A DNA stretch of 64,000 nt from Rotaria socialis (taxonomy: Eukaryota): contig CAJNYD010000449.1 in assembly GCA_905331295.1 (NCBI GenBank), forward strand, positions 310,001 to 374,000, written 5' to 3'. The notes below the pieces were generated by a model. It saw nothing but the letters and a program-made list of their open reading frames with translations, ran no database searches and was not told the origin of the DNA. The first letter of the stretch is position 1, and each line of letters starts with the position of its first letter. Position numbers and translations under genes: made by a program. Below are positions 26,527-41,000 of this stretch, piece after piece.

Positions 26527-27344
26527 ATAGTTTTTGTTTTCTGTTTTCTGTTTTTGTTTTTGTGTTTGTTGTTTATAAGTTAGTTTCATTAAGATTTAAG
26601 ACAATTTTGTATGTCTTAAATACTTTCTTTCTTCATCCATTTAACTCTAAACAAGACGAGAAACGAGATTTTGTGTGTATGTGATATGAAGGCTGTTAAA
26701 AACATTGAATACTTCATTATCTTGTCCGATGTTTCTGTTGAGCAATAAAGTAAACATGCTGCTGCGTACAATGACTCAATACTTATGCGTATGCCTATAA
26801 AATAGATTTTGCTAATGCAAATGATCATTTATTTATGACACAGCATATGTTGAAATACATTTCGGATGAAACACTACGAAAATGAATGTAATACTATTTA
26901 TGATAATAAATATCATTCAAATCAAAATAATGATAATTTCTCAGACCACATGTTCTAGTCAGATCTTGTAAAGAATAGTGATAAAAATCGACTACATTAA
27001 TCGATAAATCACAGTTTAATCAAAGTAGCAAATAAACTAACAAAAAAAGAATGATACACACGTCATTGTACTGTATCGTGTAATTTATCATATGTAGTAG
27101 GCGTTTAACAAAACTAAATGGACATGACAAGTGTTAGGATAGTGCAAGAAAAAAAAATACAGCTATTGGGACATATGTATATAAAGGAATATATTATTAC
27201 TATTATTATTTAAGTGTTTTGAATGATTAGTTTACGCATTTATTTATTCTGACTTTTGACTATCATCGTTATTATTATTGATATCAGCGACAGAATATAT
27301 AGATTTATTTCTCTCATAAAGTATGGAACTCACAGTACATAATG

Positions 27345-28361
27345 CTGGACTGCGATTCGACCTATATTTCCTATAATTCCTATATTTTCAAAAAAGTCCG
27401 ATTTTTGTCCTATATTTTCCTATATTTTATAGAAAAAAGTAGAAAATTTCCGAAACCCTCTGAATTGTACTATTGTCTTTAGACGAAAAAAAACTTTTAA
27501 TGTGTATAATCATGTGTTTTGGACAAATTGTTGTATTATAGTGACATTTGTTTTAAACAATATTTTTCCTTTCGTCTATTTAGTGGGCTGACTGAGAAAT
27601 TGTTCAATACTAAGTACAAAATACAAAATAGTTCAAAAGAAAAAAATATTCACAAAGTGATCATGTACTAGTTTAGTTTCAGGTTTTTAGTGAAGTTTTA
27701 GTTAGATATAAAAGCTGTGTATATATACCCCTGGAAAAAATAAGTTTCACTCTGTATTTTGAGGATATTGTTACCAAACGAACATTTTTTTTAAAAGTAA
27801 CGACACATTCTGAAAGCCCGTGAAATTTTACGCCATCCTGTATATATGCATTTTCATTTACACTTATTTATTATCAGAAAAAATCGAGTTATGATAAAAT
27901 ACAAAATAAACTTGCGAAAAATAATAAGCGATGCATGCTGATTACCAGGACAATAAAATTAGGTTGAGCTTTTTTGGGAAGTCATGTCCGTAATCGGAAA
28001 CGTCTCCTTTAATTATGAGAAACAGTATGTCGTTTTCATGTATTTGTTTTTTCAAAGCTTATGATCTACTTTATTGTTATTTGTCGATTTGTGAAAAACT
28101 TTTATAGTGATCCTCGAATTAGCGACTTATTTCAGTAGAAAAAAATTATTATAAGGATCTTGGCTACGGTTGAACTGTTTATCGCAGCTTCATTAAGACG
28201 ATTTTCAAGCAGAGCAGTTAAAAAACACCAAAACAATTGAACAGAAACGGTCTATAAAACGTCCTCTCTTTTTGTCATTTTTTATCGAAAATCCTCTATT
28301 TTTGACAGCCTTGATCCTCCAAGGATTCCTATATTTTTAAAAAAGTGTAATCGGAGGCCAG
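27345..28361. mobile_element. Non-autonomous DNA transposon (~1 kb) with 13-bp imperfect TIRs and a 7-bp flanking direct repeat
   Basis: Left end CTGGACTGCGATT and right end AATCGGAGGCCAG are 11/13 inverted matches. CATAATG flanks both sides (27338-27344, 28362-28368), and CCTATATTT-type subterminal repeats occur near both ends. Confidence 0.75.
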
Positions 28362-28772
28362 CATAATGTAGTCATTATCGACAAGAATATTATTTTGATA
28401 CTATGAACTAAAAAGTCAACGTGGATATCTCGTTTTGTAGAATTTATATTTTTTTTTCAGGCGTTTGTTTTATTTAGAATGAATAAATTAAACCACAGAA
28501 TATTCTTCAGTTACACTAACTCCATTTTCTTTATTATTAGTATTAATGTTATTATTATTATTATTATTATAGCCAGATTTATCTTACGCTTGAAAACTTT
28601 TATTAAACATGCAAAGTGAACAAATAAAATACTGTAGAACAATTTATAAAAAAAAAATGAAAAACATCTAGAACTAACTAGGTATCTATGAATAAAATGA
28701 GATCTAAAATGCTTGGTTTTATGTCTTATGTTGCTATTGATCTAGAATTTATCCGGCTCATCATGAATTGAT

Positions 28773-29261
28773 TTATTCTTCTGCTGCTGCAACAGCTTTG
28801 TTGCCTGCTGCACCGGGAGGAACAGCATAATTTGGCTTATTTCTGAATAAAGACAAAAATTTTATTGAAACATAAAAATAGTCGCTTTGAAAAAATGTTT
28901 ACGTACGAGAGAGATTCGGTATTTCCGAATCGATCACCAGTATCCATACCGAGTGCTCCAGCTCCAATACCAAATCCAACACCACGAATACCGAATTTGC
29001 GTGCATAGCATTGTTTGCAAAAGACATTACCTTCATGTTCAGCCATGGTCATAGCTTCTAATGTTTTCTTACAAAGGCCTTATGTTTGAAAAACAAAACA
29101 AATTATATACATAAGAAAAATAAACGATGATCTACAATGTCCATACCACATCTGTAGCAAGTTTTGTGCCATTGTTTTCCAGCAGCTGGAATAGCTTCAG
29201 CATGATAAACAGCTTGGTTACAACGAGGGCAACGGTTTGGTTCTTGAGTTCCGAAAGGCAT
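28773..29261 (-). CDS. Single-LIM cysteine/glycine-rich (muscle LIM, CSRP/Mlp60A-like) protein
   Basis: Three coding exons: MPFGTQEPNRCPRCNQAVYHAEAIPAAGKQWHKTCYRCGLCKKTLE...EHEGNVFCKQCYARKFGIRGVGFGIGAGALGMDTG...AAAEE*. An upstream GTAAGT donor at ~29574 suggests a 5'UTR intron. Confidence 0.93.
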
Positions 29262-32030
29262 TCTAAAGAAAATAAAAGGTTGATTGAATTTTTGTCTATG
29301 ATCGTCATTTTGTATTGACTTAAAAGTTGACCCAAATCTCTATGTTAATAGAAAAACATTTCCAGCCTGTTAGCTTCAATAGTAGAAATCTGATTTCATC
29401 GTTCGAATAGTACTAATTCTCAGAAATTTGAAAATAGTTTTATTGAAAATATCAAAGATGTATGAAAAACATTGCTAAATCTTCAATCTGATCTTATCTA
29501 TTGCTACTTTGCACTAACCGTATGATCGGTATTTCATTGAAATACGTTTAAATAAGAGAGTATATGTAACTTACGCGACTTTAATAGTTTATAATAAATG
29601 CACAGAGAAATTCAGCAATATATCTAGAAATAAAGCAAAATGAGCCATAACTATACACATAGTTCTGAATAGACGTATGAAGAAGGCGCACAAGTCTACT
29701 TTGTGCTAACTGTACAGAATATACCAGTATTAATATTGATATGTAAATAACTACTATGTTGGATAGACGAGCGAAAATCTATAGAAAGAAGCAGAAATAC
29801 TGGTAATATATACGACTTGTTTCAACTCCGATGGATGACAACAGAATAGACAAGTCAAGATTAAAAGGAGAAAATTAGGAATCTTATATCGGCTACTCTT
29901 CTTATTTTTAGCTTTGATGTACATTATTTTTATCTCTTTCCACAATATTGATGATGTACAACGTCCAAAATCGTCTTGAGATAAGAAAAATAAAAAAACT
30001 GTCAAGTTATGTTCTTGTCGAGTGGGCTGATACTATATACAGCTTGCAACAGACAACTGGTCTACCACAAATACAACTCTAATCATATATATTTCTTTTT
30101 TGTTTTACATAGTTAGTGCTTTTTCCGTCTGTATACATTAGTTTTTAGAGGAACCACAGAAAAGAAATTCTATGTTACCACAAACAGCATAGAATATTTA
30201 GCAGATATAAGTAGTCGATTATACGGGAATTATTGTATCCTCAAATGGTCAGGATTACGAAGATAAATGGATAATTGTGCATAGTAATAAAGCAGAAAAA
30301 CTAAAGAGAAACTATGATAATTATTCATAAGAAACAACAACATCGTTTGAAGACATGAAAAGTAAATGAATATTGGAAAAAGACTGATTCTTTGACTGGG
30401 TAAAGGGATAAGACATACGTCGGAAATAACACATTGTACTTGTAATTATGAAACTGAAATCGTAGAGTTTGTTTTGTAAACTTTGAAAATGTGGATTTCA
30501 TTGAAATAGAAATATGTTTTTGCTTCGAAAAGATTAGATTGATAAGCAAACTTATTTATTTACGTCTAATGTAATATATTTCGTTGCGTGGTTCTCTTTA
30601 GTTTTCAAAAACATAATGATTCTTTCAATCTATCGGCTTCGTTGATTACGTACCTATCAATAAAAGAAAAAGTTTATTCTTATGAAATTATATATGATTT
30701 CATTATTCTCTGTTTGTAAGCAATGTTTCAAAACTTCACATATTGGAACAGATCTTCCTTCGTAGACACAGCTTTTTTATTTTGATCTTTCATTACAAAA
30801 TAAGATAATCAACTTTGTATGGACAAGAAAAATAATGTTTTTTTTTGTGGGGTAAACACAACCATGAATATTGTTCTATTGTGAGAGTATGCATTCGTAT
30901 TTAGCAAATGTGTACACAGTCAAAATTAAGCATGTCATACTCATGTTTAACTTCATTTTGATTAACCAGCATCTCAAGAAATATTTTTTGTTGAAAAAAC
31001 TTACAATACAGCGATAACAAATAACAAGCTGAATCATTATATATTTGCCGTTGCATGGTATCCTTCATCATTAATAACAAAAAATAGTTAGCTTTCTTTT
31101 TAATATTTTTCGATATTAGGAGATACAGTTTGGTCTCTGACTATAAGTTAAGGAAAAAAGTTCTGATGACCTGCCATGAAATTGAAACAAAAATATGTAG
31201 CTATTATTTATATTTTTCTTTATCCTTTTGCAGTTGTATTACATCCAGTAGTTAGAAACACACATGTGCTACTTCTCTCGGCATTCTACTGTATCATTCC
31301 AAGCAGTCTATACTTAAGCATAGCCTAGAAATAGCCATTATTTGACAAAATACACGAAGTAATCAAGTTCAGTTAATTACGTGCTATATTACAACTCATT
31401 ATCGAATCTAACGTATAAATTATCATACCTTATAATATCAGCGCTCATTGTGCCACTTAAAGAGAGATTGAGAAAATGTGATGATTTAAAAGGTCTAAAA
31501 TTTTACATAATACAGCTTTCTGTGCATCACATGGTGGTTCTTCATTCCAATCGCAATCGAGTTTTTATTATGCATTAAAATCATCATAAACAACAGCCTA
31601 ATGTTCTTATCGAGTAGTTTATCGTATAAAATGACACCGACCAACTACGACGTCTGAATAATTTTCATGATAATGTCAGAACATTAAAAGCCTTTATTTT
31701 GTAGATATAGTAGTATGGCTATAAGATATATCTTTGTGAATATAACTGTAAGTGATATAAAGACAAATGTATGGGAATAATAATTTAAATCGAAGCACAT
31801 AATTGCAGAGAATTCCAATCGAACGAATGTATTTTATCCAGTTCTCTATGAATTCAAGTGCATTATTAAAATAATGTGTGCAACCACATGATAGTACAAC
31901 TTATGTCGTCCATTACAATAAGTTCATATATATTCATGTTTGTAATGCGTGACATAAAGTACATTATGATGTTATTGCATTCATTGTATTTCCATTGTAC
32001 AATAGTGTGTTTTAGCATTCAACATTTTGA

Positions 32031-32595
32031 ATGATGACTTCAACTTCTGTTTTATTGGCTACTTTTGATTGATGTACTTCGACATCACATCGAGTGTGTA
32101 TACTGTTTCATCTTACTCTATGCAGTTTTCTTCTCGTCTCTATTGATCTTCAAAATGGTAAACGCATTTACCATTATCTGGCTTGCAATCATTCACAGTT
32201 ACTTTCTTCGTTGTTATTTTTGCTAATATCATTCTTCATGTGAGTATATTGATTTTTGGATTTGTAACATGTTTACACATAAAACCAATCGTGCAATCAA
32301 GTAATTTCAGTTGGCATCTCAGCTGTGTCAATGCATAGTGTTCGAACCATGGATCGACATCTGATCATCCTAAAATGCTTACGTGCATCCTCGCCAATGT
32401 TGCTGTTTTCACTGCGTAGTATCACTTATTTATACAATTTGATTACAAGTTCTATTGAAAAGGGTGTCGAACAGCAAATTATTGAATATAGTCGTGTCCA
32501 GCAAGTGAGTATTTTCATTTACTATATTAATTATGTTATGTCATTTTATATCATTTTATCCTGAAAACATTGTTAAATATTTGTACAAGAACTTT
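32031..32595 (+). pseudogene. Decayed class A GPCR fragment
   Basis: VLLATFD*CTSTS (DRY-like motif with TGA at 32070-32072), then MDRHLIIL...YLYNLITSSIEK...IYYINYVMSFYI...IFVQEL (TM6-TM7-helix 8 pattern), interrupted by stops. Confidence 0.55.
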
Positions 32596-34008
32596 TGTAT
32601 AAATATCTTTGTTTCTTTTACATATGTCGTCAACTTTGCTGTTTGTGGATTCAAATATTAAAGTCGTGTTAGATGAGCCTTAACGTGACTTTTTTTTGTT
32701 ACTTCAAAATGAGTCAAGTCGGATATTACTAGATAAAATCTAAAGAATCAATTAAACCTGGTTTGAAAATCTCATTGAACATTCATGGAATTTGATGGGT
32801 AGATTTTTATTTAGTGACACTCAATATTGGAGAATACATAAATCTTTTAAATTAAAATCATTAAGTGTATACTTAGAAAGTGAAATTCTAATCCAAAACT
32901 ATTTGATAATCATAATCGCGACTTAAGATAGTCGTATGGAAAAAAATTGATTCGACACTGAATCAGATTTATCGTAGTAGCTATTACTTAGATCATCATT
33001 CACATTGGAGAGTGACATAATAAGTTTTTTAATTAAAGAAATTTGTGATGACAATGTGTACACAACATTTTAACTCAATACATCAATGTAGAATAATTCA
33101 GAAGTAAACAGAAATGCTAGCTTAGTTGTAAAGCTTGCAAGAGAACTAATAGAATAGTATCAGCTACAATAACATGTGAGTCATGGATACAAGTATTTGT
33201 TAATCGTCAAGAGCGAATAGCGTAAGAGTAGAAGAGATATTGGTATATGGAATGTTTTAGCAATATAGATGGCATATTTTTATAGGTCTATGCAAGTTTA
33301 TGGAAGTCTTGAGAAAATAATGGAAACTTTGGCAAATTTCAGAAATTAGGAGCAACTTCTGAATTTGTGCTTTCCAATGCTCTGACATTCGATGAGATCT
33401 CATTGGGTTCTGACGTAGAGTATTCGTCATAACCTAAGGATGAAACTAACTCAAGAAATCTCTAGTATTAGGATCCAGTGAGATTTCAACAGCGGAGATA
33501 ATAAATAATACTATTTTGTCACTCGCTATCCAACAATAATCTACAGAATCCAATCAGAATTTATAAAATTATGTTGAAATGTTATATCTTGGATGCATTA
33601 AAATATTAAGTGAACATTGACTCGAAAAACAACATATATATATATATTGAAGAAACACTTTAAATTCGTTTTAACTCTTAGCCTGTAAGAAATGAATATT
33701 CTAATAAAATATTTGCTTTATCATCAGCGACTATTTACTAACGTAGAGTGAAAAGTTCTGTACGTTGTTTCTAGGTCACTCAATAAATGATATATCTTTT
33801 TCATCAATCAAATGAGAAATTTCACGCATAAAATCGATTGCAATAGTAATAAAAAAAATAATGCTACATAAATTTATCTATGATTTAAATCTATTTTATT
33901 TAATACAAACCTATTTTTCATGAAGAAAAAAACATTAAACACATTTGTTTTAGAAAAATAAAGCTACCTATTATTTGAACGTGCCATTAGTTTTGTAGTA
34001 TATCTCAA

Positions 34009-34561
34009 TTAATCTTCTTCGACGAGGATTTTAATCATATCAGGATCCAGCAATTGATTCTCCGTCAAACGTTTACTCTAAACAACAAGCTTTATGGTTG
34101 ATTCACATAGTTGACTGTATCCTACCGTTCCCCATTCGACTAACGTTGGAATATTAGTCAGTCGCAGTTGCGGATCTTTTCGAAATGAACAATTTGAATC
34201 TTTCCAACTGTATCAAAAGAAACTTGAGAATTACTTTTCATTTTTTCACTTTTTTCTTTACCTTGCTCGATCACCAACTGAACATTCAATAAAAATTCCA
34301 TTCGATGGTAACAAGAATTCAACCGTTTCTTCTACTGGCTTTTCTACTTCAACACAATATGGACACCTATAGAAAATGAAAGAAAATCAAATTCAATTTA
34401 TCAATACATTTATAATGTGTTTTTATATACCAACTATATCCTTGACTATCTTTCGAACCATGAAAGAATACAAAAATACGTTTATCTTTTTCTAATTTTC
34501 TTAATATATTCTTCAAATCATCATAACTATTTGCGTACAATTTTTTACTGCATAATGCCAT
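34009..34561 (-). CDS. TXNDC17: Thioredoxin domain-containing protein 17 (TRP14), 4 exons
   Basis: IFVFFHGSKDSQGYSWCPYCVEVEKPV...FIECSVGDRASWKDSNCSFRKDPQLRLTNIPTLVEWGTSKRLTENQLLDPDMIKILVEED*. Confidence 0.93.
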
Positions 34562-36859
34562 CTAAAAACACAAAAAAATGATATATTTTCATTCGTGAAT
34601 ATAACGTTTATTGAACTGTACAGATTTATATATCCGTTTGCTATATAGATGTTTTGCATATTTTGAAAATTAAACTTTCTTCTGATATTCAATTAAAATT
34701 TGTAAATGATCTATTTTCAATATAAAAACGAGACAAATCTCGTTTTACTTCGATGAAAAAAGGGAAAAAATACAACGTTTATCCAACTGTTTTTAATTCT
34801 TGGATCTGTTGCATAGTTCACTTTTTAAATAGTATATCTTGCATAAAACTAATATGTGATGCATATTGTCATAAAAATGAATGGACAACTGTAAAGCATA
34901 GAATAAATAAAATTTTCATCGGTCAGTTGACCGCAGAAAATTAGAATTCGACTTGAGATTATTTCATACGATCACGTGCTTTACAAAGTAGAGACAATTT
35001 ATAATCATCGCATTCGGGTCGATAAAATGGAGAGACATCATTGTACGTATTAGAATCTAACGAAAAGAAAAATACCCTGTGATGAAGTTAAATCAACAGT
35101 CATTAAATTAGATAGCGAACGAGAATGGATGCGATGAAAATTATTGATTTTTTTTGCAATATCATTTAAAGAAGAGGCTTATCAATATCAACTGATATAC
35201 AATATTTGCAATGCATTTTAAAAATTCTTAATACTAAGAAAATTATTTCTTACGTTCATACTTTATCAACATATTGCTCCTCAATAAAGAGCAAAAAACG
35301 TTTTATTCATAAACGTTAATATATTTTCTCCTTCGAAGTCAATTTCAAATTGATTTTTTATTCATGTAAAAACAATAATTTACGAACAATATCTTGTTTT
35401 TAAAGAGAGAATTCTAGGAAAAAGATTCATCTTTTCATAGCAAATAGATCTTCAATGCAAAGAAAAACAAATACAATAGTAAGAATTAATCAAGACCATC
35501 GATTCGTAAAAAAAGACAAATCACACTAAACATAATCATTGACACGCAAACTCATTGCACTTCACCGACGAAATCTTTATTTGTGATCTTAGAAGCAAAG
35601 TGTTGTTTTTACGTCAGAATATATGATTAAACGATTCTTGAGAATATTGTGTGGGGTTAACGAATATTCATACGCACACTGTTACGGCTAATCAAAACTA
35701 ATATCCAAATCAGGATATGAGTTATCACTTAAAAAACAACTCCTATCCACTGCGGGGATCTTTATCAATAGATTCATTCTGGCTGACGATAGTATTCCAT
35801 TTTACATACCATCAGATCCTATGGAGTTCTATCTAATAAAAATATTTTGTAGCTTGTAACATCTCATGCACTTGCTGTTTCCCAACATGTGACTCTAAAT
35901 ATCAGATTCCACTAGTAATTTCTAAGACATACAACCGATTTCTTATCAAAAACTTCGAATATAAAACGTTGCGATATCACTCAGTGCCTTGTAAATCGTT
36001 GATCATTCTCTAAGTTGGTACATCCTTTCAAAAAAAATGTGTAGTTGTTAGTGTCACACAACTCCGAATAGCCTGTTCTATTAATCATTCATCAGTAGCT
36101 GGACTATTGCTATGATTAACCGAATTCATTTTGACAATCAAAAACAACGTCTAGCAGAATGCTATGGCACATAACTACTATGAAATTCATTTAGCATGAG
36201 TGCTATCTGTTTGATGTTAGCAGTCTCCTGAAGAGTGTCTTTTTAAACTCGTCCTATTTTCCATAATAAAAGATTTCAAAAACAAAGTGCTTTTCACAAT
36301 ATATTCTCTGACCATCCTAAACAACTGTACTATTTGATAGCTTCATTCGGCAGTGGATATATTCCTTTCAAAGCAAGACATACCTTCAATTTCATCTACG
36401 CCATAAAACGTTTGCATAACTGATGCTTTTAACATATTCGAGTCGTAAAGATAGCTTCAACTGCATCTCTTTCAATTACTTTATGAACACAACCGATGCT
36501 GCCTGAAATGCCTACTGTTTTCTCTGCCTAGATATTTAAATATGTGATATGTGCCTACGTTAACTCTTCAAGACGAAGCCACATATTTATCACTTTTCTG
36601 TACGTCTTTGTCAACATTTGTAAATTATATAGAAAAAAAACAATATCTGATATCTGATATCGTGTCGAAATTCTGACTGCTTTCAAGAGTAGATATCTAG
36701 AGGTGAGTTCAAACACCAGTTATCAGATGTTTAATGACAGCCGATTATAATCACGATCAATAGTCTGTTCATCGTCAAATATAATATAATTTCATCATGA
36801 TGGCTCCTGATGTTCCATACCATGTTCAATAGTTTCTTCTCGTGATTCATATAAGTATT

Positions 36860-36945
36860 CCAGGTCGAACAAGTACGGTCGTAAATGACCGTTTACGAAG
36901 AATTACGTCAAAATACATGGTCCAGTATTACGACTATATGTCCAG
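36860..36945. mobile_element. Truncated copy of the CCCAGGTCGA-terminal MITE seen at 45137
   Basis: Starts CCAGGTCGAACAAGTACGG and shares TACGG/CCGT/GTATTACG motifs with 45137-45425. Confidence 0.5.
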
Positions 36946-38056
36946 GTGAATAAATCCGATACCGAATCCTATAAGATCCTAACAGTCAACAAAATCATCC
37001 GATAGGGAACTCCTATACGTATATCTAGTTAAGTAGAACTTAATAACTTATCTCAACACTAGGCATCGGCATGTCGTTTCACAAACGCGTATCCTACGTG
37101 CCTCATGCTATTTTTCGGCAGAAACTGAACGACAAATGTTAATTCCACAAATTATCTGATATTTTTTGTTTACAGGATATGTTTGTTTTTCTTCGCTTTT
37201 CTGCCAGAAAATTGGTAATTAGTAGTTGAAAACTGCGTTTCTGCTAGAAATGACTATAAAAATTGCAAAACACTGACGAAAAGTATTAGGCAATTTCGTA
37301 GAAAATCTGCTTGGTTTTTTATTTTCGGGAGGGGAGAGTCCCTCCGATCCATTCCCTAATCGGCAAGCTTGGCTTATACACCATTACATTATTTCTTGCT
37401 AAACGAATTCACGTGCTCTTATTGAATGATGCATACGTCATGGTCTATTTAGAATCAGAACAGATCCTATTGATTCGGCTTCTATCCAATTTTGTTTGCA
37501 TTTCAAGATTTTTGTATATTTTCTTTGTATCTCATAGATCAGTAACTGTTAGTACATTCATTTTTATCCTTATTTATCTCACATTTCAGTTTCTTTTGGT
37601 TGGGTATTAGGATATGGCATTTCAACGCGTCAACATTTCTATCACCACTGAATCATTCAAAAAAGATGTTCTTTATCGTGAATTGAATTCTATTTTTGTT
37701 TGTAAAAAAACTATCTGTGCAAAACGCCGTCAAAAGAAACTTCGTTGTCATAAGCTTCATTATAGATAATATGAAGAATAAAATGCTAAGAAACTTTTGC
37801 ATGGTAATACGCAAGATGGTTACATCCTATCATATTCTATCAAGATTTGTGTCATTGAACAATTCGAAACTCTGATAGATTACAAGTTTACGATTCCGAT
37901 GAGTCTCTGTCGACATGTAGTACAGAGAGACCAGCATGTGTAGATGAATCATATCTGATTTTGGATTGGCTTGTTTTTACCAATTGAAAATTTCATTACA
38001 TATACGCACGTAAGATTCTATTCTCACATTCATTTTATTTTTAATCACTTAATACA

Positions 38057-41000
38057 ATGGATAACGATTTACGAGTTCGTCCAAAACCTAAATTTGGCAT
38101 TAGTGATGATGCCGAAGATGAAATGTTACAATATCAAGAACTATTTCAGCGTTCAAATCTTCAACCATCTGCACAAGTTGTAAGAGAACCAACTATAAAA
38201 CGTCAACAATCAAATGAAAATGAAGATAGAAAAAAGAAGCATTCAAATGTTGATCTTACTCAAACAACTGTTATGCGACCTCATATTATTGTAAGAAAAA
38301 ATTCCATTTAAAAATTACTTAAATTTTTGAAAAAATGTTCTATCAATGAAGTTTTTAGGAACGAGATGTTAGCACAACTCCCATTCAATTACCAAAACTT
38401 GTTAGTGATTCATTTCCACGAGCAAAGCATAGAGGTGGCGAAGACGATCTTGATGTACACATTGCTTTCTTATTATTGTTTTTCTATTCATGGAAATTCT
38501 TTCTATTTTCATTAGAAAATCACTTTACCAAATGTTAAAAAAGCATCATTATTTGCTAAGCAAATGTATCGAGATGGAAAATTGAAGGCATGCAAAGAAT
38601 TAGAACAAACGAAGAGACCAGCTATGAATCAAGAAATATCATGTTCAAGTTTATTGACTGGTATTGGTCTTGGTGAAGTCACTGGCGAACGAGAACTTCA
38701 ACGTATTCATGATGAAAATATTGATCGATTAAAATCAATGGATGAAAAAGAAATTTTAGACGAAAAAGAAAAATTATTAAATAGCCTTGGTAAAAAAGGA
38801 TTTCTTTTTTAAACGAAAAATCATTTTCGAGATTTTTATCTTGTTTACATAGATCCAAAATTAATTGCATTTATTAGAAAACGAAATAAAAAAGGAGAAG
38901 ACATTATTCGAACGGTTGATAAAGGAAATGTTGAAAAAATGGATGTAGGAAATGAAACAGTATCAACACAACTTCCAATTGACATTGATTCTCGATGGAT
39001 TCATATGGATAGTATTGAATATGAAAAACTAGAATGGATAAAAGATCTACCAAAACCATCTGTTCAACGAACAGTGGATGATTCAGTAAGGAAAACTTGT
39101 TTCTGGAATTATCTTAGAAAAAGGTCTAAGAAAATTTTGTTTCATTGCTTTTGTTTGAGATTAACGGGTCATTATTATCGTTCAGTAAATATAAGATGAT
39201 ACACAGTCAGCGCTTCGTCTGTGTGGTGAATATATCATCACATCACTAAGATCTCTCGCTAAAACTCCAGCGTATTCTGTGAGAGATATGAGCACTTTTC
39301 CAAAACTCGAGATGTGCGACACGACTGTTTTCATAGTAGAAGTGTTTTTTTTTTCTCCCATATTAGATAAATCAAATCCAAAACAAAACAAAGTTGAATG
39401 CGAGTATTGCCTTTTTGAAATAATAATAGGTTTCATGAAATTGATTTTCTACTTATATAGCTCCTAGGCCTAGGTTTCATTCATTTGATGCCGTCTGAAT
39501 TCGTATACATTGTTTGGTTTAAGAGAAAGCTTGAATTTGCTTTTTTTTGTATAATAGTGTGATGTTAGATTGTCTAAATAGATGTATAGTTCCATTTAAT
39601 TGTGATGAAATCAATGAAATCAATTTCTATTCTAAACTTCTCTATCTGATTTGTTTTATTTCGAACAGTAGTTCGATATGTTAAAATTTACTCTCCAATG
39701 CCATCTCTTGTGATGAATTAAGAATTCAAAAATATCTGGTTACGATAAAGCAATTCTATTTTTTTATCTTTGTTCTAGCATCCAGAAGGTGTTCCAGCTC
39801 GATTTGATTTTAAAGGTAACCTAATGTCACGTACGGTTGATGTTCCGGTCACAGCTGCCCTACATCATCATGGTGAAGAACCAGAAGCAGCTGGCTATAC
39901 ATTAGAAGAGCTATTTCATCTTTCTCGTTCAACTGTTCTTCAGCAACGTGTTCTTGCTCTTCAAACATTATCAAATATAATTCGCCAAGTTTGTTTTTTT
40001 CCTATTTTTTGATGAATCGAAATAAAACTCTAATGCTATACTAGGCTCATGCTGGTATCTACGATATTGAACTTCAATTACCATTAATACCTAAATTAAT
40101 TGAAGCTGGTATTCTTTTTCTTATACGTTGGGCTATGGATGAACAGATTGAAGCGATATACATGATAGCTATTGAATGTTTAGCAAATTTAATTGCACCG
40201 AAAAAAGACGAAGTAAATAAAAAGAAAAATATTTTTATTTAGTGAAATCTATTTTTTTAAGGAAATCCTTTCTAAAACAATGCATTGGCCATGTGGATAT
40301 TATGAACCAGTATTAACACCAGCAGAAATTCAATTGGGTGACAAGAAAAGTGAATCAGATTTAACAGATATTGAAATATTGGAACAGGATTTAGTAAAAT
40401 GCTTATTTCGTATGAATTTATTCAAAAGAATTGTTTATCTATTCGATCGAATGAAATTACTATCACCATTGACAATTTTAAATCCAGTAAAAAATACATT
40501 TCATATTCTTATTCGTATGGCAAGACATTCCATGACAAGTGCAAATCAAGTAGATTACTATTTTAGATTTTAATTACGTCTAAAAATTTGTTCAAATTTT
40601 AATAGATCTTTGAAGAAAGAGAATTAATGGATTTTATTATTCGAGAATTTATTCCTGAAATTATTATACCTAAAGGTAAATTTGAAAGAATAATATACTG
40701 ATTATATTCTATATTTATTTTTTCATATAGAAGAAGGACACATCTATGAACATTTATTACCGGAAGCTTTAAAATTTTGTCGAATATTAGCTAGTCATGG
40801 AAGTACTTTAGCATATAACCTTATCAATCGATATGAACTTCATCAACGTTTAACAAATCATTTAGTAGCTGCTGTAAAGTAAGTAGACAAGCATTGATTT
40901 TTCGATTAAAATTTGAACAGAAAACTGAATTAAATTAAATTACAATTTCACTGATCAATATCGTTTTAGTCTGTCGTTATCACTACAAGATAATACAACT

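Noticed and set aside
37090..37372. Possible hAT-like MITE ending AATCGGCAAGCTTGG
   Set aside because: Only one plausible end; no matching TIR or TSD found.
37895..37940. CCGATGA followed by a hairpin, considered as a hammerhead ribozyme (also CTGATGA at ~31163, ~46981, ~56700)
   Set aside because: No correct CUGANGA plus stem II plus GAAA arrangement at any site.
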